A stretch of DNA of 64,000 nucleotides from Candidatus Latescibacterota bacterium (GTDB lineage Bacteria; Latescibacterota; UBA2968): NCBI GenBank assembly GCA_965204375.1, contig OZ241986.1, forward strand, positions 2,752,001 to 2,816,000, in the 5' to 3' direction. Below the pieces are notes generated by a model. The model was not told where the DNA came from, did no database searches, and worked only from the letters and a program-made list of their open reading frames with translations. Position numbers and translations under genes: made by a program. This document shows positions 1 through 9,391 of the stretch, one piece after another. How positions within the stretch are numbered: position 1 is the first letter of the stretch; each line of letters starts with the position of its first letter.

Positions 1-1046
1 CACCTCACTTTTTCCACAAACGGCCACATAAGATCGCTGTAGAAGCGATGGCCTGCGGCGCCGTAGTGGTGTTCTACGTGATCGGGCACACCGGCGATCT
101 CGTAGAGACGCGCGATACCTTTGACCGCACGATCGACTTCGGGCACGGGAAATAGCGTATCCTGTTTCCCATTGACAATACAGAGATGGCGCGGGGCAAT
201 AAGACCCACAACATCCCAGATCTCGCCAAAGCGCAAAATACCGGGAACTGCATTGCAATCGCAATGGTGAATCAAACCGCTGGTGCCCACAAGCGTACAA
301 AAAGAGCAACTCGGCACGGCAATGGTAATGCGGGGATCAACTGCCGCGGCATAACAGGTGATAACGCCACCCCCCGAGTTACCCATAACCAGAATCGTAG
401 ATGTATCAATCTCGGGAATATCCTGTGCCCAGTCAATAAGGCGCATCACATCCCACACGCGCTCACCCGTCGCAGTGCGCCCGGCGAGCAAAGCATGCAT
501 GAACTGGCTGCGGCAATCGCGGGCACCGTGGCGTTTGTTAATATCGGGAATAGCCGTAGTACTCGTACCGCGGGCAGCGGGCGCAATAGCAGCAAACCCG
601 CGCTTGACCGCCTGAACAGCAACATCGCGGTCCTCGGCCTCAATCTTTTTGCGGTGATTGTCATCGCGCGCCTTGCCAATATACGTATCCATCCCGTATC
701 TGTCGTGCCCGTGTGGCAAAACAGCGAGCGGAAAGGGACCATCACCCTTCGGTTGAAGATACCAGAACGGCAAGCCAAAACGCGGCTCGGTAGTAATAAC
801 ACCGGGTTGCAACGTATAATCGCCCATATCTTGCGCTGCACCGAGTTGCACCTGAATCGTGTGATCACCCAGAGACGCACCAATACTTTCGAGACCCAGC
901 ATATGCTGAAGCACCGGGCGCGCCTCATCTTGCCATTGCAAAAAAGATTCGCGATCCGTTGCTCGACACGCGACATAGCGCAGGTTATCGGCGTAGAGAG
1001 AGTCGAGATAGGTGCGAACAGCACCGCTGTGTTCGGGATGTTCCAT
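1..1046 (-). CDS. Alpha/beta hydrolase (dienelactone hydrolase/acetylxylan esterase-like); last codon cut by the window edge
   Basis: Absent from the ORF track and translated by hand from ATG 1046 (SD GAGAGG): MEHPEHSGAVRTYLDSLY...LPHGH...ILVMGNSGGG...NGKQDTLFP...GHRFY; nucleophile elbow G-x-S-x-G with Asp and His motifs. Confidence 0.8.
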   Translation of the reverse strand, partial: MEHPEHSGAVRTYLDSLYADNLRYVACRATDRESFLQWQDEARPVLQHMLGLESIGASLGDHTIQVQLGAAQDMGDYTLQPGVITTEPRFGLPFWYLQPKGDGPFPLAVLPHGHDRYGMDTYIGKARDDNHRKKIEAEDRDVAVQAVKRGFAAIAPAARGTSTTAIPDINKRHGARDCRSQFMHALLAGRTATGERVWDVMRLIDWAQDIPEIDTSTILVMGNSGGGVITCYAAAVDPRITIAVPSCSFCTLVGTSGLIHHCDCNAVPGILRFGEIWDVVGLIAPRHLCIVNGKQDTLFPVPEVDRAVKGIARLYEIAGVPDHVEHHYGAAGHRFYSDLMWPFVEKVR

Positions 1047-1071
1047 ATTAAAAACCTCTCAAGGAAAAAAA

Positions 1072-1836
1072 ATGGCAGACACACTGCGTGAAGTACTGGA
1101 TTTTGCAACAGAGGCCGCCTGGCAAGCCGGACGCATCACACTACAGTATTTTCAGACCGGAGTCGAAGTAGAGGAAAAGGCGGATGAATCACCTGTAACG
1201 GCCGCAGACAGAGGAGCCGAGACAAAATTGCGGGAATTGATAGAAGCGCGTTTTCCCAACGACGGCATTGTGGGAGAAGAGCACGGAAACAAAAAAGGCA
1301 CAAGTGGGCGGCGATGGATTTTAGACCCCATTGACGGCACAAAATCATTCATACAGGGCGTCCCCCTCTACGGGGTAATGGTCAGCTTAGAAATAGAAGA
1401 TGAACCTGCTGTTGGCGTGGTTAATTTCCCGGCGTTGAATGAGATGATCTGCGCTGCTAAGGGATTGGGTTGCACCTGGAATGGCCGCCCCGCGCGGGTA
1501 TCTGATATATCGGATATACGAGACGCGACCGTGATCTTGACCGATTTTGTGAATGGGCATAGTCGGGGCGAAGCCATAAACCGGATATGCTCACGCGCCA
1601 AACTCGTGCGCGGCTGGGGCGATTGCTATGGCCACATGCTCGTCGCAACCGGACGGGCAGAAATCATGCTCGATCCCATTATGAGCGTATGGGACTGTGC
1701 CGCCCTCGCGCCCATCTTAGAAGAAGCGGGCGGCACATTCACAACGTGGAGCGGCGAAGCCACCATCTGGGGCAACGAAGCCGTGGGCACAAACGGGACG
1801 TTATTTAAAGAAGTAATGACTTTGATCAAAGGGTAA
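1072..1836 (+). CDS. hisN: Inositol monophosphatase family, histidinol-phosphatase HisN-like
   Basis: VTAADRGAE, GEE, WILDPIDGTKSF, GWGDCYG, WDCAA motifs; ATG 1072 after AAGGA. Confidence 0.75.
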   Translation: MADTLREVLDFATEAAWQAGRITLQYFQTGVEVEEKADESPVTAADRGAETKLRELIEARFPNDGIVGEEHGNKKGTSGRRWILDPIDGTKSFIQGVPLYGVMVSLEIEDEPAVGVVNFPALNEMICAAKGLGCTWNGRPARVSDISDIRDATVILTDFVNGHSRGEAINRICSRAKLVRGWGDCYGHMLVATGRAEIMLDPIMSVWDCAALAPILEEAGGTFTTWSGEATIWGNEAVGTNGTLFKEVMTLIKG

Positions 1837-1851
1837 TAGAGAGGATTCACC

Positions 1852-2136
1852 ATGTTGATTAGAGAACTGGCATATGATACAGATGAGGATCAACTCGATT
1901 TGTTGATTGATGCTTTAGAGCCTGAAGCATCAGAGATGATCCCCGTTGGAGATGATATTTTTTTGCGGCGATCTATTGAAACGGGTAAAATAGTTGGCGC
2001 AGTTATAGAAAATTATAGTCTTTGGCGGTCAGGACGATATATGGCAAAAGATATGACACCGGATTTGCGTACCGCATATCAGCATATTGTTCGTTATCTG
2101 GACGTGGTAAAAAATAAGAACATCGCCGCAGTTTAA
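1852..2136 (+). CDS. Small hypothetical protein, possibly DUF2283-like
   Basis: SD GAGGA; 94 aa; DIFLRRSIETGKIVGAVIENY segment. Confidence 0.55.
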   Translation: MLIRELAYDTDEDQLDLLIDALEPEASEMIPVGDDIFLRRSIETGKIVGAVIENYSLWRSGRYMAKDMTPDLRTAYQHIVRYLDVVKNKNIAAV

Positions 2137-3332
2137 TCTACAAATATCGAACGATTTGATATACCGCAGATGTGGTCTTCGCGCATGAATCCGGGCACAA
2201 ATTGGGCGGTTCGACCAGAAGGCGCGACACCTGTATAATAGCCCGAGAATTGTTCATTAAACGTAGTCAAACGGTTGCGCGAAGCCTCACTACTCTCCGC
2301 AGCCACAATGTACGCATTGTTAAAAATCCCATTTTCTTTCAGCCCCGCGCCGCCTGCTGCCACGATATGCCCGTCAATCGTATTGAGAATAGCGTCCGCA
2401 TCATTGCCGCCAACACCACTCACGAGCACCTCGGATATCCCCTGCCTCCGAATAGCCGTCCATGTACTGAAACCATCTACAATCTCCCCCGAACGATCAA
2501 TAGCGACATCGCCGGTAACACAGCGCGGTTGGGGTTCAACAATGCCATCCAGATTGGGAATGCGCGAAACCGCATAAATTCTACCTGCGGGGCGGTGGTC
2601 ACCAAAATAATCGGCAATCACTTCGCGCACGGTTTCAATGCGCTTCCAGGTTGCCGAAGGATTGTCGTCAATCGCGACCAGGACCTCGATATGCGCGGTT
2701 TGCGTTTTGAAATCCACATTGTCAGCCGCGAGCTTTTTTTCGTACTGCTCTACGAGCACAAATTCCATCTCTTGCTTGAGGTCATCACCGAGTGTCGTAA
2801 CCGTATTGCCCCCAGCATCGATGTGCATCACCGACGCACCGCTGGGCTGGTGATCGGTCCATGCACCGTATTCAATCTTGCCATCGCCAAAGGAAATATC
2901 CTCACCTTTGACAGCTTTAATTTCCACTTCAAAAAGTGCTATGGGATCAGGAAACCCTTCTCCATGGGTAAAACGCGCCATGCGATTGGATTTGAGTTCG
3001 CAACCTGTCACAGCATCAATCATAGGTCCATATACGGCATTAAACGCATCCCGGTAAGCCTCACAGTCGTCACGGCTATCAGATGGCGTCGTCCAAAGGA
3101 CATCGGTTTTGTACACATCGCCCCAGTTTGCGCCCCCGCGAGCAAGCCCCAGACTCAAGTTCTCAATGGTGCCAAACCACTCTGACCCGAGTTCATTGGG
3201 ATACTGCGTGCCCACATTGCCGCTGGGTTCAACGAGGCGCACGACCTGGTCGTCGTCATAGGTCATAATAACTTCGGCTGTGCTACAAAAAATGGGAATG
3301 GGCTTATGACGGATAATATTGACGCTTGCCAT
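2133..3332 (-). CDS. Protein with three tandem RidA/YjgF-like domains
   Basis: SD AAAGGA; three Rid-like C-terminal segments: AFNAVYGPM..RMARF..LFEVEIKAV, VIADYFGDHRPAGRIYAVSRIP..IVE, FNEQFSGYYTGVAPSGRTAQFVPG. Confidence 0.55.
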   Translation of the reverse strand: MASVNIIRHKPIPIFCSTAEVIMTYDDDQVVRLVEPSGNVGTQYPNELGSEWFGTIENLSLGLARGGANWGDVYKTDVLWTTPSDSRDDCEAYRDAFNAVYGPMIDAVTGCELKSNRMARFTHGEGFPDPIALFEVEIKAVKGEDISFGDGKIEYGAWTDHQPSGASVMHIDAGGNTVTTLGDDLKQEMEFVLVEQYEKKLAADNVDFKTQTAHIEVLVAIDDNPSATWKRIETVREVIADYFGDHRPAGRIYAVSRIPNLDGIVEPQPRCVTGDVAIDRSGEIVDGFSTWTAIRRQGISEVLVSGVGGNDADAILNTIDGHIVAAGGAGLKENGIFNNAYIVAAESSEASRNRLTTFNEQFSGYYTGVAPSGRTAQFVPGFMREDHICGISNRSIFVD

Positions 3333-3356
3333 AGTAAAAAATCCTTTGTGATAAGG

Positions 3357-4064
3357 TTACCAGATATCGCTGAGATCCAATACAAACCCCGGTAAAACGG
3401 GATCGGCGGATAGGGTGTCGAGATTCTCGCGCACTTCAACGGGGACATGCGGGCGATAAATATAGACGGTTTTTTGCGGTGGCACAATGAGCCAGCCGAG
3501 TTGCAGACCGTTGTCGATATACTCTTCCATTTTCTTTTTTAAGACGGGAATACGGTCAGAGGGCGATTTGAGTTCAATCACAAAATCTGGACAAAGGGGC
3601 AGAAAACGCTCTTGCTCCCTATTGGCCAATTGATCGTAACGCCACCGAAAGACCCAAGAAGCATCCGGTGATAGGATGGCCTTATTGGGTAGCCGAAATC
3701 CGGTTGAGGAATCAAATGCAATGCCCGTGCTATCTCGTTTTGTCCATAATTGTAACTGCATTGTAAGCTCTGCATTTCGATTGCCCGTCGCTGCTCCTGT
3801 TGGTGGCATAATGAGTATTTCCCCTTCTGCATTGCGCTCAATACGCACATCGTGGGTGCGCTGGCAAAATACAAAGAATTGATCTTCCGTCATATCGGTA
3901 AAAGGCGTTACATCGGTTTCCATTGTCAATGCCTCGGATGGTATAAGAACGATCTCCCCATCTGCATTGCACATAATACGCATCTCGCCATTGTGCGCCC
4001 AGATTTGAAAAAATTGATCCTCTGTGAGCTCCAGAACGGGTTTTGTGTCGAGTGTGGTTGCCAT
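3357..4064 (-). CDS. Uma2 (DUF820) family endonuclease with a duplicated N-terminal segment
   Basis: GEILIMPPTG, FDSSTGFRLPN, SPDASW, CPDFVIELKSPSD, KMEEYIDNG, LPGFVLDL; start 4064 after AGAGAGG. Confidence 0.9.
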   Translation of the reverse strand: MATTLDTKPVLELTEDQFFQIWAHNGEMRIMCNADGEIVLIPSEALTMETDVTPFTDMTEDQFFVFCQRTHDVRIERNAEGEILIMPPTGAATGNRNAELTMQLQLWTKRDSTGIAFDSSTGFRLPNKAILSPDASWVFRWRYDQLANREQERFLPLCPDFVIELKSPSDRIPVLKKKMEEYIDNGLQLGWLIVPPQKTVYIYRPHVPVEVRENLDTLSADPVLPGFVLDLSDIW

Positions 4065-4144
4065 TGTAAATACCTCTCTTGACAATGTGATATCTTTTTC
4101 AAAAGATAGAGCCAAAAATACGCAATGTCAATGCACGCGGAAGA

Positions 4145-4897
4145 TCAGCCATCTTTGGATTGAAAAAACGCCCGCGCTTCGGCCAGAGATTCGCGGTTGC
4201 CAATATCGAGGACACCGCCTTCAATATCGTACGCATAAACGGCCTCGCATGTGTGCAACCACTCCAAAAAATGCCCGGGCGCGTCGGGATTGCCTCCATT
4301 GGCGATATATTCTTTAAAACGAGGCAGTATCGACGCAGGGTAAATATAAACGGGCGATGCCGACCACTCGGAAATGGGTCTATCGGGTTTTTCAATAAAT
4401 TGCAAAACGCGATTATCTTTGCCTAACTGGACATTGCCCCTGCGCTTGCGATCATCGTAGTCGGGATTGTGGCGCACGGCAATATGGGAGACGGGATTGG
4501 ATTTGAATATATTGACCAATGTTTGGAGAGAAAACAGCAGAATATTATCCGCGGCGAGAACGAGAACATCATCGGCAACATCGCGCGCTTCAATGGCAAA
4601 CTGGATATCGCCCACAGCCCCCAAACGATTGTCATTGGAGGTCGTGCCATCGTCGAGAATCTCCGTCTCCAACCCGGTCTGCATCGCTCTATTTTCACGC
4701 GCCCAATCGGCAAAGTGCCCGTAAAATCGGCGATTGGTCACCACATAAACACCATCGATATCTACAATAGTTTTAAGCTGATCAACGAGATGATCGAGAA
4801 TAGTCTTGCCCCCCACTTCAAGCAGAGGCTTGGGAAAGTTTTTGGTAAGAGGATACAGCCGCGTGGCGTATCCCGCCGCGAGAATAATAACTTTCAC
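4145..4897 (-). CDS. Sugar-1-phosphate nucleotidyltransferase (NTP_transferase)
   Basis: ILAAGYATRLYPLT..PKPLL, FIEKP, DIG motifs; GTG start overlaps the upstream TGA (GTGA). Confidence 0.85.
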   Translation of the reverse strand: MKVIILAAGYATRLYPLTKNFPKPLLEVGGKTILDHLVDQLKTIVDIDGVYVVTNRRFYGHFADWARENRAMQTGLETEILDDGTTSNDNRLGAVGDIQFAIEARDVADDVLVLAADNILLFSLQTLVNIFKSNPVSHIAVRHNPDYDDRKRRGNVQLGKDNRVLQFIEKPDRPISEWSASPVYIYPASILPRFKEYIANGGNPDAPGHFLEWLHTCEAVYAYDIEGGVLDIGNRESLAEARAFFQSKDG

Positions 4898-6075
4898 AGA
4901 ATCCTGGCTCCATTGTCGGGTTGACAAATAAAAACCGGGGCATTTTTTGACAAATCGGGATGTTTGGCGCAATAAGCCGATTGAATCTGTTCAATCGCTG
5001 CACTGGATTTCTGGGGATTAACAAGCGCAACACAACAACCCCGAAAACCGGCACCGCTAAACCTGGCGCCGTAAACGCCATCGGTTTCAATGAGAATATG
5101 GTAGAGATCAATGAGGGGTTTACTACCGCATTCGTAATTTTCAATAGAACTGCGCCCCGATTCGGCAATCAGCCTGCCAAAAATCTTGAGGTCGCCTGCG
5201 CGCCATGCATCAATACCCATAAGCACGCGCTCAGATTCCGTAAAAAAGTGTCTGGCGCGTTTGGCGGGGGCGCCGCTTAACAGGTGTTTATGCATTTCGT
5301 ATTCTTCAAAGGCAATATTGCCGAGCAGAGGTTCTCGATCGGAACGCCCCACGGCATTGAGCAGTATTCGCGCTGCACGGGCGCATTCATCTACCCGCGT
5401 GTTATACCCCGTCGAAACCAGCGCCTCGCGCAAGCCCGATTGGGCAATCAGAATATCAAAGTCTGGCATAGTATTGGACCGGGGAATCAATTCGTGCGTG
5501 GCAGACGCACAATCGATCACCGTGAGAAATCCCTTTTGCGACAACAGAATCGCCGATTGATCCAGAATGCCATTTTTGAGACCGAGGTAGCCATTTTCAA
5601 TCGCCTGATCGAGCCGAATATTATCAGCGAGCGACAGGGACAAATCATTGGCCTCTTCATAAGCGAGCAAATACGCCACACCAATCGCGGCCGATGAACT
5701 CAACCCCCCTTCGTTCATCCTGCCCGCCGTAAGCCCCGTAATCCCGCGCGTGAGTTTATGGCCCTCTTGCTGCAACGCGCGCACTGCGCCGCGTGGGAAA
5801 TTGCCCCAATCCCCATCTATTTTGTCGGGCACATCGGCCAGCGCAAACGAGACCTCACCCTCAAAAGTGAGACTCTGTAGATGCGTATTTCCATCGCCCG
5901 ACGGCGCGAAAGCGAGGTACACAGCCTGATCAATAGCCATAGCTGTAACCTGCCCGAGCTGGTGATCAATATGCGCGCCGAGCGGACATATCCGATAGGG
6001 TGATCGCACAACGCGCACATCGGCAGGCGCAACACCAAACCGGTGATTCATTTCTGTTTTGAATTGATCTATCAT
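4894..6075 (-). CDS. GHMP sugar kinase, plant galacturonokinase (GalAK)-like
   Basis: SPYRICPLGAHIDHQ, GLSSSAAIGVAYLLA, IENGYLGLKNGILDQSAILLS, SSIENYECG, GARFSGAGFRGCC. Confidence 0.8.
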   Translation of the reverse strand: MIDQFKTEMNHRFGVAPADVRVVRSPYRICPLGAHIDHQLGQVTAMAIDQAVYLAFAPSGDGNTHLQSLTFEGEVSFALADVPDKIDGDWGNFPRGAVRALQQEGHKLTRGITGLTAGRMNEGGLSSSAAIGVAYLLAYEEANDLSLSLADNIRLDQAIENGYLGLKNGILDQSAILLSQKGFLTVIDCASATHELIPRSNTMPDFDILIAQSGLREALVSTGYNTRVDECARAARILLNAVGRSDREPLLGNIAFEEYEMHKHLLSGAPAKRARHFFTESERVLMGIDAWRAGDLKIFGRLIAESGRSSIENYECGSKPLIDLYHILIETDGVYGARFSGAGFRGCCVALVNPQKSSAAIEQIQSAYCAKHPDLSKNAPVFICQPDNGARIL

Positions 6076-6136
6076 GAGTAGTCAGGGGTTAGCAGTCAGC
6101 GACCAACAACGTTACCAAAAAAGGAGAACAACCGCA

Positions 6137-7165
6137 ATGCCACAAATCAAAATAGGCAAAGGTATTGGCGATATTTCGGAGCAAACACTGCGATTTTATC
6201 GGCAAATTGGGGTCGATGTGGTAGCGATGCCAACGCGATGGCGTACAGAACCGGGAACGGGTGAACGCAAACTGGTACCGCCGACTCAGACTGGACCAAA
6301 AGGCGCGCAGGGAGGGATATGGGACGAGCGAGAATTGCAACGCATCAAAGCGAGAATCGAATCATTTGATCTCATACCTCTAATCACAGGACTGGGTATT
6401 TCAGGGCGCGTATTAATGGGCCAACCGGGCAGAGAGGACGATCTGAAAATTATAAAAGCCAATATCGAAATCGCAGGACGGCTGGGACTACGGGCATTGA
6501 ACTACAGTTTCACCGCCCTCAGAGCCTCAGAAGGATATGCAGCGCAACGAGGTGTGGGACGCGGTGGCGCAGATTTGCGGGATTTTGACAACGAGCGGAT
6601 AGCCAATCTCCCACCTCTCAATTCAATCGGGAGAATTGGGATGGATGAAATGTGGGACAATCTGACCTATTTTTTGGAAAACGCGATCCCAACAGCAGAA
6701 AAAGCGGGTGTACAATTGGCCGCACACCCCAATGATCCACCGGTTCCAGAATATCGCGGCGTTGCCCAACCCCTGGGCGACATCGCGGGCATGCAACGGT
6801 TGATCGAAGTCATAGATAGCCCATCAAATTGCATTTTTTACGACACGGGCGTAATGACGGAAAAAGGCGCAGATGCAGTCGAAATGATTCGCTATTTTGG
6901 ATCGCGGAATCGCATTGGAACCGTACATTTCCGGAATGTGAAAGTGGAAATACCTCGATTTAAGTATATCGAGACCTTTCACGACGACGGCGAATGCGAT
7001 ATGTTTGCCTGCGTTCAGGCATTTCAAGAGGTGGGATACAACGGCATGATCGACCCCGACCACACGCCGGGCATCCTGGGCGATACACCAGATACGCGCA
7101 TAGGCTGGGCGTATGCCATTGGTCAAATGGTGGCGATGCGAAACGCCGTAGAAAAAAACAAATAA
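6137..7165 (+). CDS. uxuA: Mannonate dehydratase family (UxuA-like)
   Basis: MWDNLTYFLENAIPTAEKAGVQLAAHPNDPP, VHFRNV, ETFHDDG, PDHTP, YAIG; SD AAGGAG. Confidence 0.75.
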   Translation: MPQIKIGKGIGDISEQTLRFYRQIGVDVVAMPTRWRTEPGTGERKLVPPTQTGPKGAQGGIWDERELQRIKARIESFDLIPLITGLGISGRVLMGQPGREDDLKIIKANIEIAGRLGLRALNYSFTALRASEGYAAQRGVGRGGADLRDFDNERIANLPPLNSIGRIGMDEMWDNLTYFLENAIPTAEKAGVQLAAHPNDPPVPEYRGVAQPLGDIAGMQRLIEVIDSPSNCIFYDTGVMTEKGADAVEMIRYFGSRNRIGTVHFRNVKVEIPRFKYIETFHDDGECDMFACVQAFQEVGYNGMIDPDHTPGILGDTPDTRIGWAYAIGQMVAMRNAVEKNK

Positions 7166-7197
7166 AAAAAGCCCCAACGCGAAAAAGCGTTGGGGCT
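7166..7197. terminator. Intrinsic terminator between convergent genes
   Basis: A-tract followed by GCCCCAACGC-gaaaaa-GCGTTGGGGC hairpin. Confidence 0.7.
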
Positions 7198-7214
7198 ACA
7201 TGTGATATTGCGTG

Positions 7215-7340
7215 TCAGAAGCTGAGAACACTATAAACCAGAGTAATCGCAAAAATCACGCCTATAATGCCCATGGCGACTTTGAATTGTAAGCTGATTC
7301 TATCCTCTTCCCGGTCGCGCAATTCGTTGAAAGTCTGCAT
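7215..7340 (-). CDS. 41-aa single-TM micro-protein
   Basis: MQTFNELRDREEDRISLQFKVAMGIIGVIFAITLVYSVLSF; purine-rich SD GGGGAGAG; upstream TTGACT..TATTAT-like promoter; terminator downstream. Confidence 0.6.
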   Translation of the reverse strand: MQTFNELRDREEDRISLQFKVAMGIIGVIFAITLVYSVLSF

Positions 7341-7497
7341 GGCTCTCCCCCTTTGAGTAGTGCGGACGGATATGTTCTGTATAAATAATACTAATTTTTT
7401 ATATTAAGTCAATAGACAAAATACGACTCTTGACAATTTATACAGATGAATCTATCGTTTGCAGTAGCTTTTGTATGGATGTCATACTCGGAGAAAT

Positions 7498-8478
7498 ATG
7501 CCAATGAAGTGGGTGGTCGTGACTGTAACTGTTATAGTGGCACTCGCAATTGTGGGTGCGCTGGGCGTTGCCTACCATCTGAAGACCAATTTTCCCAAAG
7601 CCGATCCGCCTTATAATATTCGCGTATCGGGAACACCCGAACAGGTCGCACGGGGACGTTATTTAGCCAATCACGTCACAGTATGTCTCGAATGCCATTC
7701 AACGCGGGATTGGGTGCATTATTCTGCGCCACCGCTACCGGGCACCGAGGGTAAAGGTGGCGAGGTATTTCCCGAAACAGCGGGATTTCCAGGCACCTTG
7801 ATCGCACCCAATATTACACCGGCAGCTCTGGGAGATTGGACAGATGGCGAAATCATTCGGGCTTTTACCAGCGGCGTAAATAAAAACGGCGACCCACTTT
7901 TTCCACTGATGCCCTATCGCGCATATCGAAATCTCATGCCGGCAGATATTGACGCCATTGTCGCTTATGTGCGTACCCTATCTCCCATTGATCATATCCC
8001 GCCGCGGTCCAAATTGAATTTTCCCATGAACCTGCTCGTACGCACAATGCCAGAACCCTATAAACTCCCCAAATCGGTTGATCGTTCAGACCCCGTTGCT
8101 TATGGCGAGTATTTGGCGACCATTGCCGGATGTGCCACTTGCCATACGCCTCATAATCAACAGAGAGAGCCAGTTGAAGACATGCAATTCGCCGGGGGAT
8201 TTCAATTCCGATTGCCCAGTGGCAAAACCGTGCAATCGGCCAATATTACACCCGACCCAGAAACGGGAATTGGGCATTGGAAAAAAGAGTACTTCATCGG
8301 GCGTTTCAGACAATTTGCCGGGGAAAACGCAAAACACATCCTATTGCAGGATGGCATGAACAGCGTGATGCCCTGGACAATGTACGCGGGCATGACAGAC
8401 GAAGACCTCAGCGCCATATACGACTATCTGCAAACCGTCGCGCCGATCCGAAATGCCGTCGAACGGTTTGTGGAATAA
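7498..8478 (+). CDS. Membrane-anchored diheme cytochrome c
   Basis: N-terminal TM; CLECH and CATCH; repeated NITP and MPY/MPW motifs. Confidence 0.9.
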   Translation: MPMKWVVVTVTVIVALAIVGALGVAYHLKTNFPKADPPYNIRVSGTPEQVARGRYLANHVTVCLECHSTRDWVHYSAPPLPGTEGKGGEVFPETAGFPGTLIAPNITPAALGDWTDGEIIRAFTSGVNKNGDPLFPLMPYRAYRNLMPADIDAIVAYVRTLSPIDHIPPRSKLNFPMNLLVRTMPEPYKLPKSVDRSDPVAYGEYLATIAGCATCHTPHNQQREPVEDMQFAGGFQFRLPSGKTVQSANITPDPETGIGHWKKEYFIGRFRQFAGENAKHILLQDGMNSVMPWTMYAGMTDEDLSAIYDYLQTVAPIRNAVERFVE

Positions 8479-8491
8479 TAAAGAGGAAAAT

Positions 8492-9268
8492 ATGGAATCA
8501 GGTTCCGGAGCATTTAATTTTGATCGCGTCAAAGTATGGTATCATTGCCCTCAAGACCATCTTGCCGACCTGCCAGTGGTATTTGCCCTGCACGGTGCCT
8601 CGCGCAATGCCAGCACCTATCGCGACACCTGGGCCAGCCATGCCGATATGTACGGATTTCTATTATTGGCCCCGGAATTTTCACAGGAGAATTATCCAGA
8701 TGAAACAACGTTTAACCTCGGCAATGTATTTGCCGAAGATGGCACGCGAAATGCCATGGCCGATTGGTCCTTTCAAATAATTGAAGGCATTTTTGATCAC
8801 GTCAAAAAACGAGTGGGACTCCGGGCATCGTCCTATGGATTTTATGGACATTCGGCGGGCAGCCAGTTTGTACACCGATTTTTGTACTTCATGCCTCAGT
8901 CACATGCACATATCTTTATAGCGGCCAACGCCGGATGGTACACCATGCCCACATTCGAACAAACCTATCCCTATGGACTGGCCGGATCGGGTCTGACTGT
9001 CGCGGATTTGAAACGGTCACTAAACCAGCGAGTTGTGGTACTCCTGGGTACTGATGATGTAGATGTAAACCACCCCAAATTGAGGCGCACACCACAGGCG
9101 ATGACGCAGGGCGCACACCGCTTTGAGCGCGGTCACACATTTTTTGAAACGGCAAAACGAGAAGCCGAATCACTCAATGTGTCGTTCAACTGGCAGTTGG
9201 ACACAGTGCCCAACGTGGGACACAACAATGCGGGAATGGCAAAAGTGGGCATTGCGTATTTGGTGTGA
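8492..9268 (+). CDS. Alpha/beta hydrolase
   Basis: LHGASRN, GHSAGSQFVHRF, AANAGWYTMP, QGAHRFERG, VPNVGH. Confidence 0.8.
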   Translation: MESGSGAFNFDRVKVWYHCPQDHLADLPVVFALHGASRNASTYRDTWASHADMYGFLLLAPEFSQENYPDETTFNLGNVFAEDGTRNAMADWSFQIIEGIFDHVKKRVGLRASSYGFYGHSAGSQFVHRFLYFMPQSHAHIFIAANAGWYTMPTFEQTYPYGLAGSGLTVADLKRSLNQRVVVLLGTDDVDVNHPKLRRTPQAMTQGAHRFERGHTFFETAKREAESLNVSFNWQLDTVPNVGHNNAGMAKVGIAYLV

Positions 9269-9322
9269 TCCGCAGATGAACGCAGATAAAAAAGGGGGCT
9301 GGAGACTGGACAGGCTGACCAC

Positions 9323-9362
9323 AAAAAAAGAATGGCCGCGATCCCTGTTATCGCGGCCATTT
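9323..9362 (-). terminator. Intrinsic terminator of the minus-strand micro-ORF unit
   Basis: AATGGCCGCGAT-ccctgtt-ATCGCGGCCATT hairpin followed on the minus strand by CTTTTTTT. Confidence 0.75.
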
Positions 9363-9378
9363 ATGTACTACAAGCCAT
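9361..9378 (-). CDS. Candidate 5-aa micro-ORF MACST
   Basis: SD AGGAGG 4 nt before ATG; TAA abuts the terminator stem. Confidence 0.3.
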   Translation of the reverse strand: MACST

Positions 9379-9391
9379 GGAACCTCCTATG

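Noticed and set aside
186-1091. Long ORF-track entries 186-1091, 2172-3185, 19248-20147, 30556-31491 and 32866-34152
   Set aside because: Antisense shadows of well-supported genes; no motifs or SDs
9133-9360. 75-aa ORF starting right after MACST
   Set aside because: Its start is the terminator stem, it has no own SD, and it runs antisense into the hydrolase
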